NCBI RefSeq assembly: GCF_004010195.1
Contig: NC_057720.1
Span: 29,486,125-29,550,124 of the forward strand
Direction of reading: 5' to 3'
DNA length: 64,000 bases
From: Chiloscyllium plagiosum
Taxonomy: Eukaryota
Each line of letters opens with the position of its first letter. The stretch's first letter is position 1. Both the position numbers and the translations under genes were made by a program. The notes beneath the pieces were generated by a model. The model saw nothing but the letters and a program-made list of their open reading frames with translations. It had not been told where the DNA came from and did not search any database. Shown here one piece after another: positions 37,581-48,903 of this stretch.

Positions 37581-39445
37581 ACCAATATTTTTGTTTCTTC
37601 ACACGGCCACTGTAAAGCAGTAGTGCTTATTTTACTCCCTTGTTTATACTTGTATGTTTTTTGTGTGAAATAAATGCACAAAGGCTCTGTCCAGTCACCA
37701 AGTCACTCTTGATGTACTAGTGTATAGTACACTGGATGTGGCCAGCTGGCTCAAAGACAGTCTTCAACTGAGGAGATTCTAATCTCTTGGTTGTATGTCT
37801 TTTTTCCTATTCTAATCAGCTGGTTATACTGTTGTTTCTATTCTCCCCTTTTCCACACTACTGCCAAACAGTGTTAGTGCTTATTTTAATCCCCGATTAT
37901 ATATATATATTTTCCTTTTTTAATGTTATGAAACAGTACAAAATACAGACAGTTAGTAATAAACAAAAAGTAGCAGTTCATGAAAACCCCCCCACAATTT
38001 ACAGGGGAAGAGTCAGCAAGGCCAAAACCCCAAATCCCACTGTTCAATCAGTTAACAGCGAAATGAGGACAAACCTCAAATTCCCACTTTCTGTCATCAA
38101 AAAGATAACAGTAACAAACACAGACAAAACAGTCCAATCAAATGAGGAACAATGCATAGAACACAGACCAATGTAGCTAAAACCAACACTTGATACCAGC
38201 CTCCCTGCGTACTGATCGGCCTGCCCTATACCGGCTTTCCTGTGAGGACGCTATCAGTTGTCTGGCCCTGCCTGCCCCATGTACTGACAAGCTCGTCCCA
38301 ACCTGCTTTCCTCCAGGCCGGTCATTGACCTTCCAGCCCCAGCCAGCTTATATACTGGCTGCCTCTCCCCAACCAGATTTCCTACGGGCACACTGTCAGC
38401 TGCCTGGCCCTCGGCCACTCCGTGTGTTTTTCTCCCAAGGGCGGCATGGTGTCTCAGTGGTTAGCACTGCTGCTTCACAGCACCAGGTTCGATTCCAGCC
38501 TTGGGCGACTGTGTGTGAAGTTTGCACATTCTCCCTGTGGCTGCATGGGTTTCCTCCGAGTGTTCCGGTTTCTTCCCACAGTCCAAAGATGTGTAGGTCA
38601 GATGAACTGGCCATGCTAAGTTGCCCATAATATTAGGTGCTATTAGTCAGAGGGAAATGGGTCTGGGTGGGTTACTCTTCGGAGGGTCGGTATGGACCTG
38701 TTGAGCCGAAGGGCTTGTTTCTACACTTTAGGGAATCTAATGTAATCATAACAGATCCTCCACAGCCCACTTTCCCCCAGGCCAGTCAAAGGAAGGGCAG
38801 AGATTAAATTAAAGTAGAGTTGGAGGGGAAAATAAACACTCCACTCCCTGCGGTGCCCACCTCTCCCTGAAAACCTCGAGGGAGTTGGTAGACACTGCGT
38901 GCTCCTTCTCCAGAGACACCCGGGACAGCTCCCTCCATGGCCCACTGCCTGGACCTGAATCCCCAATTATATATTTTTTTGTTTAGAAACCGGTCCTCAA
39001 TAAAAAAGAATAGCCGTTAACAAAACTGGCTTTGTAAACCAGCCCGTTTAGAAATCAGATTCTCCCAAAAACAGCAGAAACCAATAGCAGCAGTAACACA
39101 CTGACTGTGACCCAGCCAGCACAGGGTCAGTCCCCTAGAATAAGAGGATTCTAAATCTCCTGGTTATATACTTTTCCTTTTTTTTAATCCCGGTTATATT
39201 TTTTTCTTCTTAGTCCCCTAAACCAAGGAGATTCTAAATCTCCAGCTTATTTTTTCTCTCCCTTACCCCAAGTCTACCGCCTAACTGTGTAAGCGCTTAT
39301 TTTTCCCCAGCACCCATGTCATGTGTGTGTACGTGTAGGACACAGTGAAGAACAACAGGTGTTTAAATCTTTATTTGTATTCCACCACCAGGAAGAAAGG
39401 AAACACCCGAGTGGCCAGTGACAAACAGTGCCCTCTTCGTCAAAG
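37581..39445 (-). repeat. Array of Tx1-type 3' ends and LTR-derived units inside the Gypsy B 5' LTR (left part)
   Basis: RVSLEKEHAVSTNSLEVFRERWAPQGVECLF at ~38825-38925; target copies at 37781, 37814, 37888, 38958, 39154, 39186, 39237. Confidence 0.75.
38439..38747 (+). mobile_element. HE1-type tRNA-derived SINE
   Basis: gggcggcatggtgtctcagtggttagcac head, ggttcgattcc B box, gtttgcacattctccc domain, aatctaat tail. Confidence 0.9.
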
Positions 39446-39528
39446 TTTAGATCAGAGTGGTGCTGGAAAAGCGCAGCAGGTCAGGCAACATCCGAGGAGC
39501 AGGAAAATCGGCATTTTGGGCAAAAGCC

Positions 39529-40219
39529 TGTAAGGTATACGGTTAAAATTGTGCAGAATAAGGGAACAGGTGTTGCTTCTGCAAAAGCTTATAAAATTAG
39601 GCTGTGCATGCAAATACTAAACAGTGAGAAGCGAAAACAGATAGAATTATCTTTGACTAATAAGGCAGAGCAATCGTGGAGCGGGATGTGCCAGGCATAG
39701 GAAAACAGAAGAAGCAAAAACAGGTAGAATTATCTCTGACTAATAGGGCAGAGCGACCGTGTAGCAGGATGTACCAGTAGCAGGATGTACCAGTAACAGG
39801 AGAATAGTGTGCCAGTCTCAGGAAGGATGTGGCCAACGGATGGAATTTAGTTTGGCAGGATGATCGCACGAAGACAGCAAACTATGCCAGGATAGTCACA
39901 TATAAGGAACGAGATAAGTAAGAGCAAGGGGCGACAGGCTTAGAGTAATGGGAGAAATAAACAGAGGCGGAGAGAAGCTAGACAAAGGTGGAGCGAAGCT
40001 AGAGCTTCTGATAGGCTATGTGCTACAGTAAAAGTAACTAATGGGGTGAAAGGAGAAGATCGAGAGACGCAGCTGAACAGCATAAATCAAAATGTAACCC
40101 TCAGATCAGGGTGCTTACCCATTAGGCACCCGTTCTTGCAAGTACGTATCAATAACATTTGCTGCTTCAGAATTTGACTCGGACTGAAATTTATTAATAT
40201 GTGAGTTTTGTTTCTCACA
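39529..40219 (+). repeat. ERV 5' LTR
   Basis: TG...CA ends; internal ~60-bp direct repeat (~39634-39780); ~28 substitutions and 3 indels versus 3' LTR by manual count (~96% identity). Confidence 0.95.
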
Positions 40220-40222
40220 ATT

Positions 40223-40242
40223 TGGGGGCTTGTGTCCGCGAT
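40223..40242 (+). promoter_or_regulatory. Primer binding site, tRNA-Pro type
   Basis: tgggggcttgtgtccgcgat versus canonical TGGGGGCTCGTCCGGGAT, 3 nt after the LTR. Confidence 0.85.
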
Positions 40243-40517
40243 ATCCATCATCACCAGCAGGGTGGGCACCGTCGACAGCGGGAAGACGCGTCCCGTTCCT
40301 TTTAAAACGGTCCCGTATTCCTCGGCGTTGGGTTCCCCCTTCTGGTTGACTGACTGAGATCCAATGAGAGTCTATCTGAACCAGGTGAAAGTAAGTAGGC
40401 ACAGGGAGCCAGGCAACTCCATGCATGGACCAAGGTAGGGAAATTGACTTTTAAGTACTACCTTGTGGCTGGGATTGAGTTCTAGTAGTTAATAAGTGTC
40501 TAACGAAAGAACTCAAT

Positions 40518-41275
40518 ATGGGCTGTGCCGAGGGTAAAGTATAAGCCTCCGAAAAAAACATGGAAATGGAGGCAGGGTCCCTGACAACATACCTCCAGAA
40601 AGTCCGTTGGGAAGGATGTTGTGGAATTGGAAAAACAATACTTGCACAAGGGGAAGAGATAGCAAAAAGATTATTAAATATTGTTGCTTTGTATGGACTA
40701 AAGAATCCATTCTTCGTCCTGCCGTCTTCTGGCCAAAGTACGGGTTGGATGATGACTGTGTTCGCAAATATTTGAATTTATATGTCAACCGAAAACAGCC
40801 TTTCAGTCAGGAGAGATCATATTATGCTTAGTGTTGGAAGGGCTAGTAGCTGAAGGGCTACTGAAGGTACACTTTGTAACTAAATCATGGCCAGACATCA
40901 AAACAAATTTCTGAAAATAGATGGGTGGAGTGAGAAATCACTTGAATTGTTAAGAGATGCACAGAAAATGTTTGTAAAGAGAGAGATAAGAAACAAAAGC
41001 AGAAGGCAAAAACGATGGTAGCCACGGTTGACGAAGTAGTCAAAAGAATCGAATCAGTGACTAGCAACCGGAGTGGAGGTGGCAGCACGTAGAACATGGA
41101 GGAAGGGGTAGAGGACGAGGAGGACCTTGTAGGGTCCAGTCAACAGAGACAAGGACTGAGGTGGAGACCCCAACAAGCAAGGTGTTACATCCAGAAAAAT
41201 AAAATTCAAAAGATAGAGGGGTGGAGAGAGAAGCCTCTAGAGTTGTTGCGGGAAGCTCAAAAAGTGTCAGTGAGA
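40518..41275 (+). pseudogene. gag: ERV gag remnant (matrix and capsid C-terminus, internally deleted)
   Basis: MG start; PPESPLGRML...IIKYCCFVWTKESILRPAVFWPKYG; FVTKSWPDI; ELLRDAQK; stops and frameshifts. Confidence 0.85.
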
Positions 41276-42084
41276 TACTGTGTGTGTGTGAGAGTGTGAG
41301 TGAGAAAGAGAGAGAGAGAGAGAGAGAAAAGAGCTGTACAGCTAATAGAAAGATTAACCCTTTGTGATTCAGTTTGAATGCACATTTGTTTGTTGGTGAT
41401 TGAATGTTTGTGCTTTGTTCCCTGGAGCTTCAGATCCGGGACTGTTTTTAATCTGATTTCTATTATGGAAATTTAAACATGATTTCTTTTAAGGTTAAGG
41501 ATTTTACAGTGATTATGAAATAAAATGTTAACTTCTGTTCTTTTTACAGGTCATGACTGCCTCACTATCAGTTTCTAACTAATCTCTTTTATCCATACAT
41601 AAAAGCGATTTCAAATCAGTTTAATACGGACAAAAACAACATGATCACCTTTTTTTGTGTTTCAGACGCATTTGTTTTCACTTTATTTTATGCCGTAGCT
41701 TTATTCAGAAAGTTCCCTCCCTCATTGACAGTTGAAGTTTCAGTTCAACATTAGATTGTAATACATCAATCCTATGGTTAATATCTGTGACCTTGGATTC
41801 GGCCATTATTCATGCATTATAAGTTTTTTTTTAACTTGAATAGACAAATCCTTTTAAGACAGCTCTGGTTATTTCACGACCTATAGCATTGTAATTGAGC
41901 AATGACTGGTCAGGACTACTTAAGAAAACTAATTTTGGATTTAAATTAAGGGACTAAAACCGGGTAATAATAGTGGATTTCAAAGTTCAGAACTGTATGC
42001 ATTTTACATTTTAAATATTAAATACTGAATAAATGAATTTATAATATATAAATATATATTTACAAGTAAGATGTATAGTTAGGA

Positions 42085-42852
42085 NNNNNNNNNNNNNNNN
42101 NNNNNNNNNNNNNNNNNNNNNNNNNNNNNNNNNNNNNNNNNNNNNNNNNNNNNNNNNNNNNNNNNNNNNNNNNNNNNNNNNNNNNNNNNNNNNNNNNNNN
42201 NNNNNNNNNNNNNNNNNNNNNNNNNNNNNNNNNNNNNNNNNNNNNNNNNNNNNNNNNNNNNNNNNNNNNNNNNNNNNNNNNNNNNNNNNNNNNNNNNNNN
42301 NNNNNNNNNNNNNNNNNNNNNNNNNNNNNNNNNNNNNNNNNNNNNNNNNNNNNNNNNNNNNNNNNNNNNNNNNNNNNNNNNNNNNNNNNNNNNNNNNNNN
42401 NNNNNNNNNNNNNNNNNNNNNNNNNNNNNNNNNNNNNNNNNNNNNNNNNNNNNNNNNNNNNNNNNNNNNNNNNNNNNNNNNNNNNNNNNNNNNNNNNNNN
42501 NNNNNNNNNNNNNNNNNNNNNNNNNNNNNNNNNNNNNNNNNNNNNNNNNNNNNNNNNNNNNNNNNNNNNNNNNNNNNNNNNNNNNNNNNNNNNNNNNNNN
42601 NNNNNNNNNNNNNNNNNNNNNNNNNNNNNNNNNNNNNNNNNNNNNNNNNNNNNNNNNNNNNNNNNNNNNNNNNNNNNNNNNNNNNNNNNNNNNNNNNNNN
42701 NNNNNNNNNNNNNNNNNNNNNNNNNNNNNNNNNNNNNNNNNNNNNNNNNNNNNNNNNNNNNNNNNNNNNNNNNNNNNNNNNNNNNNNNNNNNNNNNNNNN
42801 NNNNNNNNNNNNNNNNNNNNNNNNNNNNNNNNNNNNNNNNNNNNNNNNNNNN
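42085..42852. other. Assembly gap
   Basis: Run of N. Confidence 1.
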
Positions 42853-43295
42853 AGCTCCAATGAATACAATCCCAGGATCCTCAGCCGTTCCTCATATGTT
42901 AGACCTACCATTCCAGGGATCATCCGTGTGAATCTCCGCTGGACACGCTCCAGTATGTCCTTCCTGAGGTGTGGGGACCAAAACTGGACACAGTACTCCA
43001 AATGGGGCCTAACCAGAGCTTTATAAAGTCTCAGTAGCACAACAGTGCTTTTATATTCCAACCTTCTTGAGATAATTGACAACATTGCATTCGCTTTCTT
43101 AATCACGGACTCAACCTGCATGTTTACCTTTAGAGAATCCTCAACTAGCACTCCCCGATCCTTCTGTACTTTGGCTTTACGAATTTTCTCACCGTTTAGA
43201 AAGTAGTCCATGCTTGTATTCTTTTCTCCAAAGTGCAAGACCTCGCATTTGCTCACATTGAATTCCATCAGCCATTTCCTGGACCACTCTTCCAC
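42853..43295 (-). mobile_element. CR1 RT C-terminal fragment inside the ERV
   Basis: WLMEFNVSKCEVLHFG...LYKALVRPHLEYCVQFWSP...VQRRFTRMIPG. Confidence 0.92.
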
Positions 43296-45257
43296 TTATT
43301 GTTGGAGGAGAGTCGGAAACTTACTTTTGGGGGAGCCTTAATAGTCAGCACCCCACATCAGGTATGGACCATATTAAATCAGAAAGCAGGGCGGTGGCTT
43401 ACGGATTCTAGAATTCTAAAATATGAAGCAATTCTAATAGAGAGGGATGACCTTACATTGATCACAGGCATTTGTCTGAATCCAGCTACATTTCTCTGGA
43501 AAGGGGAGGATGAAGCTCCCTCAGACCCAGAACATGACTGCCTCGACATTATAGAATATCAGACTAAAGTAAGAATGAACCTTAGAGATATCCTCTACAT
43601 GCAGGGGCCAGGCTGTTCATTGATGGGTCCTCCAGAGTGATTGAAGGTAAAAGACACAATGGATATGCAGTAGTGAATGGAATAGAGGGGAGTGTTATTG
43701 AGGCTAGTTGACTACCCAATGATTGGTCGGCCCAGACTTGCAAACTTTATGCACTAGGAAGTGCCCTTAAAACCTTGGAAGGCAAAGAAGGAACTGTATC
43801 TACAAATTCTAAGTATACCTTCGGGGTGGCATACACATTTGGGAAGATGTGGCAGGAGAGGGGACTGATAAACAGTAGGGGTAAAGAACTGGCTCATGAG
43901 AATTGATAAAGCAAGTATTGGAATCCCTTTCATTTCCAAAGGAAATAGCAATGATCCACATAAATGGACATCAGCAGGGAAATGATCCCGAAGCAAAGGG
44001 AAATAGATTGGCGGATGAAGTCGCTAAGGAGGTAGCTCTGAACCCTCAACCCGCTACAATATAGATTTTGGTAATGATGGTGCAGGAACCTGGGGGGAGA
44101 CTGATATTTAGCGCTAAGGAAGAGAGAGAGTTAGAAGAACTGGGAGCTATGCAGACAGTAGAGGGGCGCTGGATGCTACCCGATGGCCGGGAGATGCTAA
44201 ATAAGATGATGATGCAAGAAATTATGGCTGTCTTACACCAGGGGAGTCTCTGGGGAGTGCAAGCAATGTGTGATTTGCTCTTAAGGAAATATGGATGCAA
44301 AGGGATCTATACGATAGCCAAACAGATATGTGAGGGATGTATAACATGCAAGAAAATCAACAAGAAGGTATTGAGGAAACAAGTCCCAGGAGGGAGAGAA
44401 CCTGGGCTCCGACCATTTCAGAGCATTCAGATAGATTATATCAAATTACCCCGAGTGGGAAGACTGAGACATATGCTGGTAATGGTTGATCACCTATCTG
44501 GATGGGTGGAGGAGTACCCTTTAGCCACTGCCACTGCAAGTGGGGTGTCCAAGATAATACTTGAACACATAATTCCCAGATACGGGATAGTGGAATGCAT
44601 AGATTCAGATCAGGGAACTCATTTTACTTCCAGGGTACTCCAGAGAGTAATGAAGGGTTAGGTATTTCCTGGGAGTTCCACACCCCTTGGCACCCACCTG
44701 CATCAGGAAAGGTTGAGAGAATGAACCAGATGCTCAAGAAGCAGTTATCAAAATTAGTAGTAGAAACTAGACTCCCTTGGACTAAGTGTTTACCTATAGT
44801 CCTTTTGCGAGTGCGGACAGCCTCAAGGAAAGATATGGGGCTGTCCCCTTATGAGGTATTGTTTGGCCTGCCATATCTGGAAATGAAAGGGGAACTGCCA
44901 ACCCTGGAGACTAAAGATCTATTCTTTAAAAAGTATATACTGGGCTTGTCTTTGTCTTTGTCTTTTCTTAGGAAACAAGGATTACTGGCACAGACTCCAC
45001 CCCTTGAATTCGCCATTCATCCCATCCGGCCGGGAGATTGGGTCCTAATTAAGTCATGGACAGAAACTAAATTGCAACCAGATTGGGAGGGACCATACCA
45101 GGCTCTTTTGACTACTGAAAAGGCGATACGCACAGTGGAGAAAGGCTGGAATCACTACACCAGGATTAAAGGACCGGTGGAATCCTCGGTTAAGAAAGAA
45201 GTCTGGACAGCCGAATCGACGGAAGAGTCACTGAAACTCAGACTCAAAAGACTTTAA
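43296..45257 (+). pseudogene. pol: ERV pol remnant: tether, RNase H, integrase (RT not visible)
   Basis: EESRKLTFGG..KAGRWLTDSRILKYEAIL; LFIDGSS; GNRLAD; integrase IQIDY, IDSDQG, GKVERMN, WEGPY; several frameshifts. Confidence 0.93.
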
Positions 45258-45361
45258 GTAACTGATTTTTATGCGGACACGGGATAGTTTCTTTTTGATA
45301 TCTATATATTGTATTGCATGTTAAATCTCTCAGTCCTTCAATACTATTATACTATTGTAGG

Positions 45362-47267
45362 ATGCTGGGGACGCTTAGGGTTACCATATTAGCCTACTTA
45401 GTATTCGGATTTTGTCAAATGATGCTGTCATCTCCATATTTGTTATTAACGGTCCCTGAGTCTGAATATCTGCAAGTAATAGAAGTCGATGCTTGCAGTC
45501 TAGTAGAATGCGCAGATGTAAAGTATCAGAGGGAGTATATTTCCTCCGAAATCCTTCTTAAGACCCTACCGGACACAGGTTATGGTTCGCAAAAACCGCC
45601 ACCTGGCATCACTATCCATAGAGCCCCCTTTCGCCCAGCCCTAGACTGTCCTGACAAAAAGTGCCACCCGATAAATCTCACCATCAAAAATACCTCCTCT
45701 GAAGACTCCTTTCCCCGTAAAAACAGGTCTCGACCCCTTAGTAACGATTTAAAGATAGTAATGGCTGCCACTGGGAAGTGTTTTTCGGGCTGCTGTTTCC
45801 AAATAGCCGTAGGAAACAAAAAACGAGCTAAACAACTTGATAATAAGATACATCCTTTTGCCCCTCCCAATGACCAAAGGTGGTTAAAAACTATAGAGGT
45901 GAAGGACTTGAAACAGACCATTGAAATAGAAACTGGATACGGGGACGCAAATGCCTGGGTTGAATGGGTAAAGTTCACTGTTAAAACTGAATAAAAGCAA
46001 TTGCTATGCATGTGCCTCCGGGAGGCCAGTTGCTCACATAGTCCCCTTTCTGCTCAGGTGGAATCGAAACAGGAAGGGCATGCAATGTATGATAGCCCTG
46101 TATCAGGATAAGACTGCATGGAATGAAAGGAATTGTATATCCCTATCTCTAATGTTCCCTCCCTTGGAGAAGACAGATTTGAAAGCTCCCCCCGTTTTTG
46201 ACCACGGTCGGGAATCACACATCATGTATAAGCTGACGGGGTCAAATCTGTCCAGAGACTTGGGGGAGCTGAGGTTATGTATAGAAACTCAGAATGACAC
46301 CGAAACGGACAAAGGAGGGAACTACTCAGCACTCCAGGTTCCCCGGGCGGATCTCTGGTGGTACTGTGGAGGCAGAATATTGCGATCTACCCTACCTCCA
46401 GATTGGAGAGGGATATGTGCAATTGTGCAATTGGCAATCCCATTCACCTTGGCATTTGAGAAGGAGAAGGTGGTAGTAACAAAGAATGAGAGAAGTAAAA
46501 AGTCGTTATTAGATACTTCCTTTGATGATAGGATTTATCTCGACTCTATAGGAGTTCCTAGAGGGGTCCCTGATGAGTTCAAGGCCCGCAACCAAATTGC
46601 AGCAGGTTTTGAATCAGCCCTATTTTGGTGGGTAATGGTCAACAAGAATGTGGATTGGATAAACTATATTTTTTACAACCAGCAAAGATTCATCAATTAC
46701 ACTAGAGATGCAGTCAAGGGTATTTCTGAGCAACTTGATGCAATCAGCAGAATGGCCAGGGAAAACAGACTGGCCCTAGATATGATCCTAGCCGAAAAAG
46801 GGGGTGTATGTGTGATGTTAGGGGGAAGCTGTTGTACCTTTATTCCAAATAATACTGCACCTGATGGGTCAATCTCTCGTGCCTTGCGAGGATTGACCAC
46901 CTTGGCGGAAGAATTGGCTGAGAACTCAGGAGTGCACACATCACTCACGGAATGGCTGAAATCATGGTTTGGGAAGTGGAAAGGCATGGTAGTCTCTATC
47001 TTCACCTCCCTGATAGTGGTAGCAGGGGTACTGACAGCAATTGGCTGCTGTATCATACCTTGTGTACTGGGGTTAACCCAGCGGCTAATTGAGACAGCCT
47101 TGGCAAAACAAATGCCTCTAAAAGATGATCAGGCAGAGGAACTCAACCTCTTGAACAATGAGGGGATGGGTGACCTTAAGGAATTAGCCATTATAAATGA
47201 AGTCTCAGGGATGATGCTAGCAAACTGGAAGGCAACATATGAGACAAATGCAGAAGACAACATTTAG
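45362..47267 (+). pseudogene. env: ERV env (gamma-type), frameshifted near 45990
   Basis: Signal-like N-terminus; CYAC (CXXC) at 46002; RSKK furin-like site; ENRLALDMILAEKGG immunosuppressive domain; CVMLGGSCC (CX6CC); TM helix. Confidence 0.93.
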
Positions 47268-47272
47268 TAGCC

Positions 47273-47290
47273 AAGAAGAAAAAAGGGGGA
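47273..47290 (+). promoter_or_regulatory. Polypurine tract
   Basis: aagaagaaaaaaggggga immediately before the 3' LTR. Confidence 0.9.
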
Positions 47291-47291
47291 T

Positions 47292-47970
47292 TGTAAGGTA
47301 TACGGTTAAAATTGTGCAGAATAAGGGAACAGGTGTTGCTTCTGCAAAAGCTTACATTATAAAATTAGGCTGCTCATGCAAATGCTAAACAGTGAGAAGC
47401 GAAAACAGATAGAATTATCTATGACAAATAAGGCAGAGCAATCGTGGAGCGGGATGTACCAGGCATAGAAAACAGAAGAAGCAAAAACAGGTAGAATTAT
47501 CTCTGACTAATAGGGCAGAGCGACCGTGTAGCAGGATGTACCAGTAACAGGAGAATAGTGTGCCAGTCTCAGGAGGGATGTGGCCAACGGATGGAATTTA
47601 GTTTGGCAGGATGATCGCACGAAGACAGCAAACTATGCCAGGATAGTCACATATAAGGAACGAGATAAATAAGAATAAGGGGCAACAGGCTTAGAGTAAT
47701 GGGAGAAATAAACAGAGGCGGAGAGAAGCTAGACAAAGGTGGAGCGAAGCTAGACCTTCTGATAGGCTACGTGCTACAGTAAAAGTAACCAATGGGGTGA
47801 AAAGGGAGGACCAAGAGATGCAGCTGAACAGCATAAATCAGAATGTAACCCTCAGATCGGGATGCTTACCCATTAGGCATCCGTTCTTGCAAGTACGTAT
47901 CAATAAAATTTGCAGCTTCAGAATTTGATTCGGACTGAAATTTATTAATATGTGAGTTTTGTTTCTCATA
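47292..47970 (+). repeat. ERV 3' LTR
   Basis: Direct repeat of 39529-40219; AATAAA at 47902-47907; terminal CA mutated to TA. Confidence 0.95.
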
Positions 47971-48903
47971 AACCCTTGATCAGGAATAGAGGCAAGAAGC
48001 CTCCAGAGTGGAGAGATAAATGAGGGGGGTGGAGGGGGGGGGGGGGGGGAAGATGGGGCTAAAAGTAGCAAAAATAGGTGAATGGGGGTGGGGATGGAGG
48101 GTGATATGTCAGTGAGGCTAACAAACCACCCTCCCATCCTCCCCTGCCACCGCAGAAATTGCAAAACCTGCACCCACACCACCCTCACATCCATCCAAGG
48201 CCCCAAAGGAGCCTTCCACGTCCATTAATGTTTCACCTGCACATTCACCAATGTGATTTATAGTATCTGTTGCTCCCGATGCGGTCTCCTCTACATTGGG
48301 GAGAGTGGACACCTCTTCGCAGAGCGCTTCAAGCAACATCTCCGGGACACCCGCACCAATCAACCCCACCGCTCCGTGACCCAACATTTCATCTCCCCCT
48401 CCCACTCTGCCGAGGACATGGAGGTCCTGGGCCTCCTCCACTGCCGCTCCCTCACCACCCAATGCCTGGAGGAAGAATGCCTCATCTTCCGCCTCGGAAC
48501 ACTTCAACCCCAGGGCATCAATGTGGACTTCACCAGTTTCCTCATTTCCCCTCCCCCCACCATACCTCAGTTCCAACCTTCCAGCTCAGCACTGTTCTCA
48601 TGACCTGTCCTACCTGCCAATCTCCCTTCCCACCCATCTGCTCCACCCTCCCCTCTGACCTATCACCTCCATCCCCACCGCCATTCACCCATTGTACTCT
48701 TTGCTACCTTCTCCCCAGCTCTCCCCCCCATCCCCCATTTATCTCTCCACCACGGAGGCTTCCTGTCTCTATTCCTGATGCAGGGCTTTTGCCCGAAACG
48801 TCGATCTTCCTGCTCCTCGGATGCTGCCTGACCTGCTGTGCTTTTCCAGCACCACTCTAATCTAAACTCCGGTTTCCAGCATCTGCAGTCCTCACTTTTG
48901 CCT

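Larger units (their letters stand above)
39529..47970 (+). mobile_element. Class I (gamma-related, HERV-I-like) endogenous retrovirus, defective provirus
   Basis: Two LTRs, PBS, gag/pol/env remnants, PPT, 4-bp TSD agcc (39525-39528) / aacc (47971-47974). Confidence 0.95.
39446..48903. mobile_element. Penelope-like element (39446-39528 and 47975-48903) split by the ERV
   Basis: pLTR is continuous across the provirus; GIY-YIG VIYSICCSRCGLLYIGES in ORF 48253-48603; degenerate TSD ctcttcgtcaaa / ctcctcaccaaa. Confidence 0.85.

Noticed and set aside
42060..43295. 411-aa ORF, and the long ORFs at 61104-62302
   Set aside because: Length is an artefact of translating N runs; the real parts are CR1 fragments
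46080..47267. 395-aa env ORF as a domesticated syncytin-like gene
   Set aside because: Separated from its signal peptide and lacking the CXXC from its own ATG, probable internal compensated frameshift, RSKK instead of a canonical furin site, young LTRs; no evidence of selection from this sequence alone
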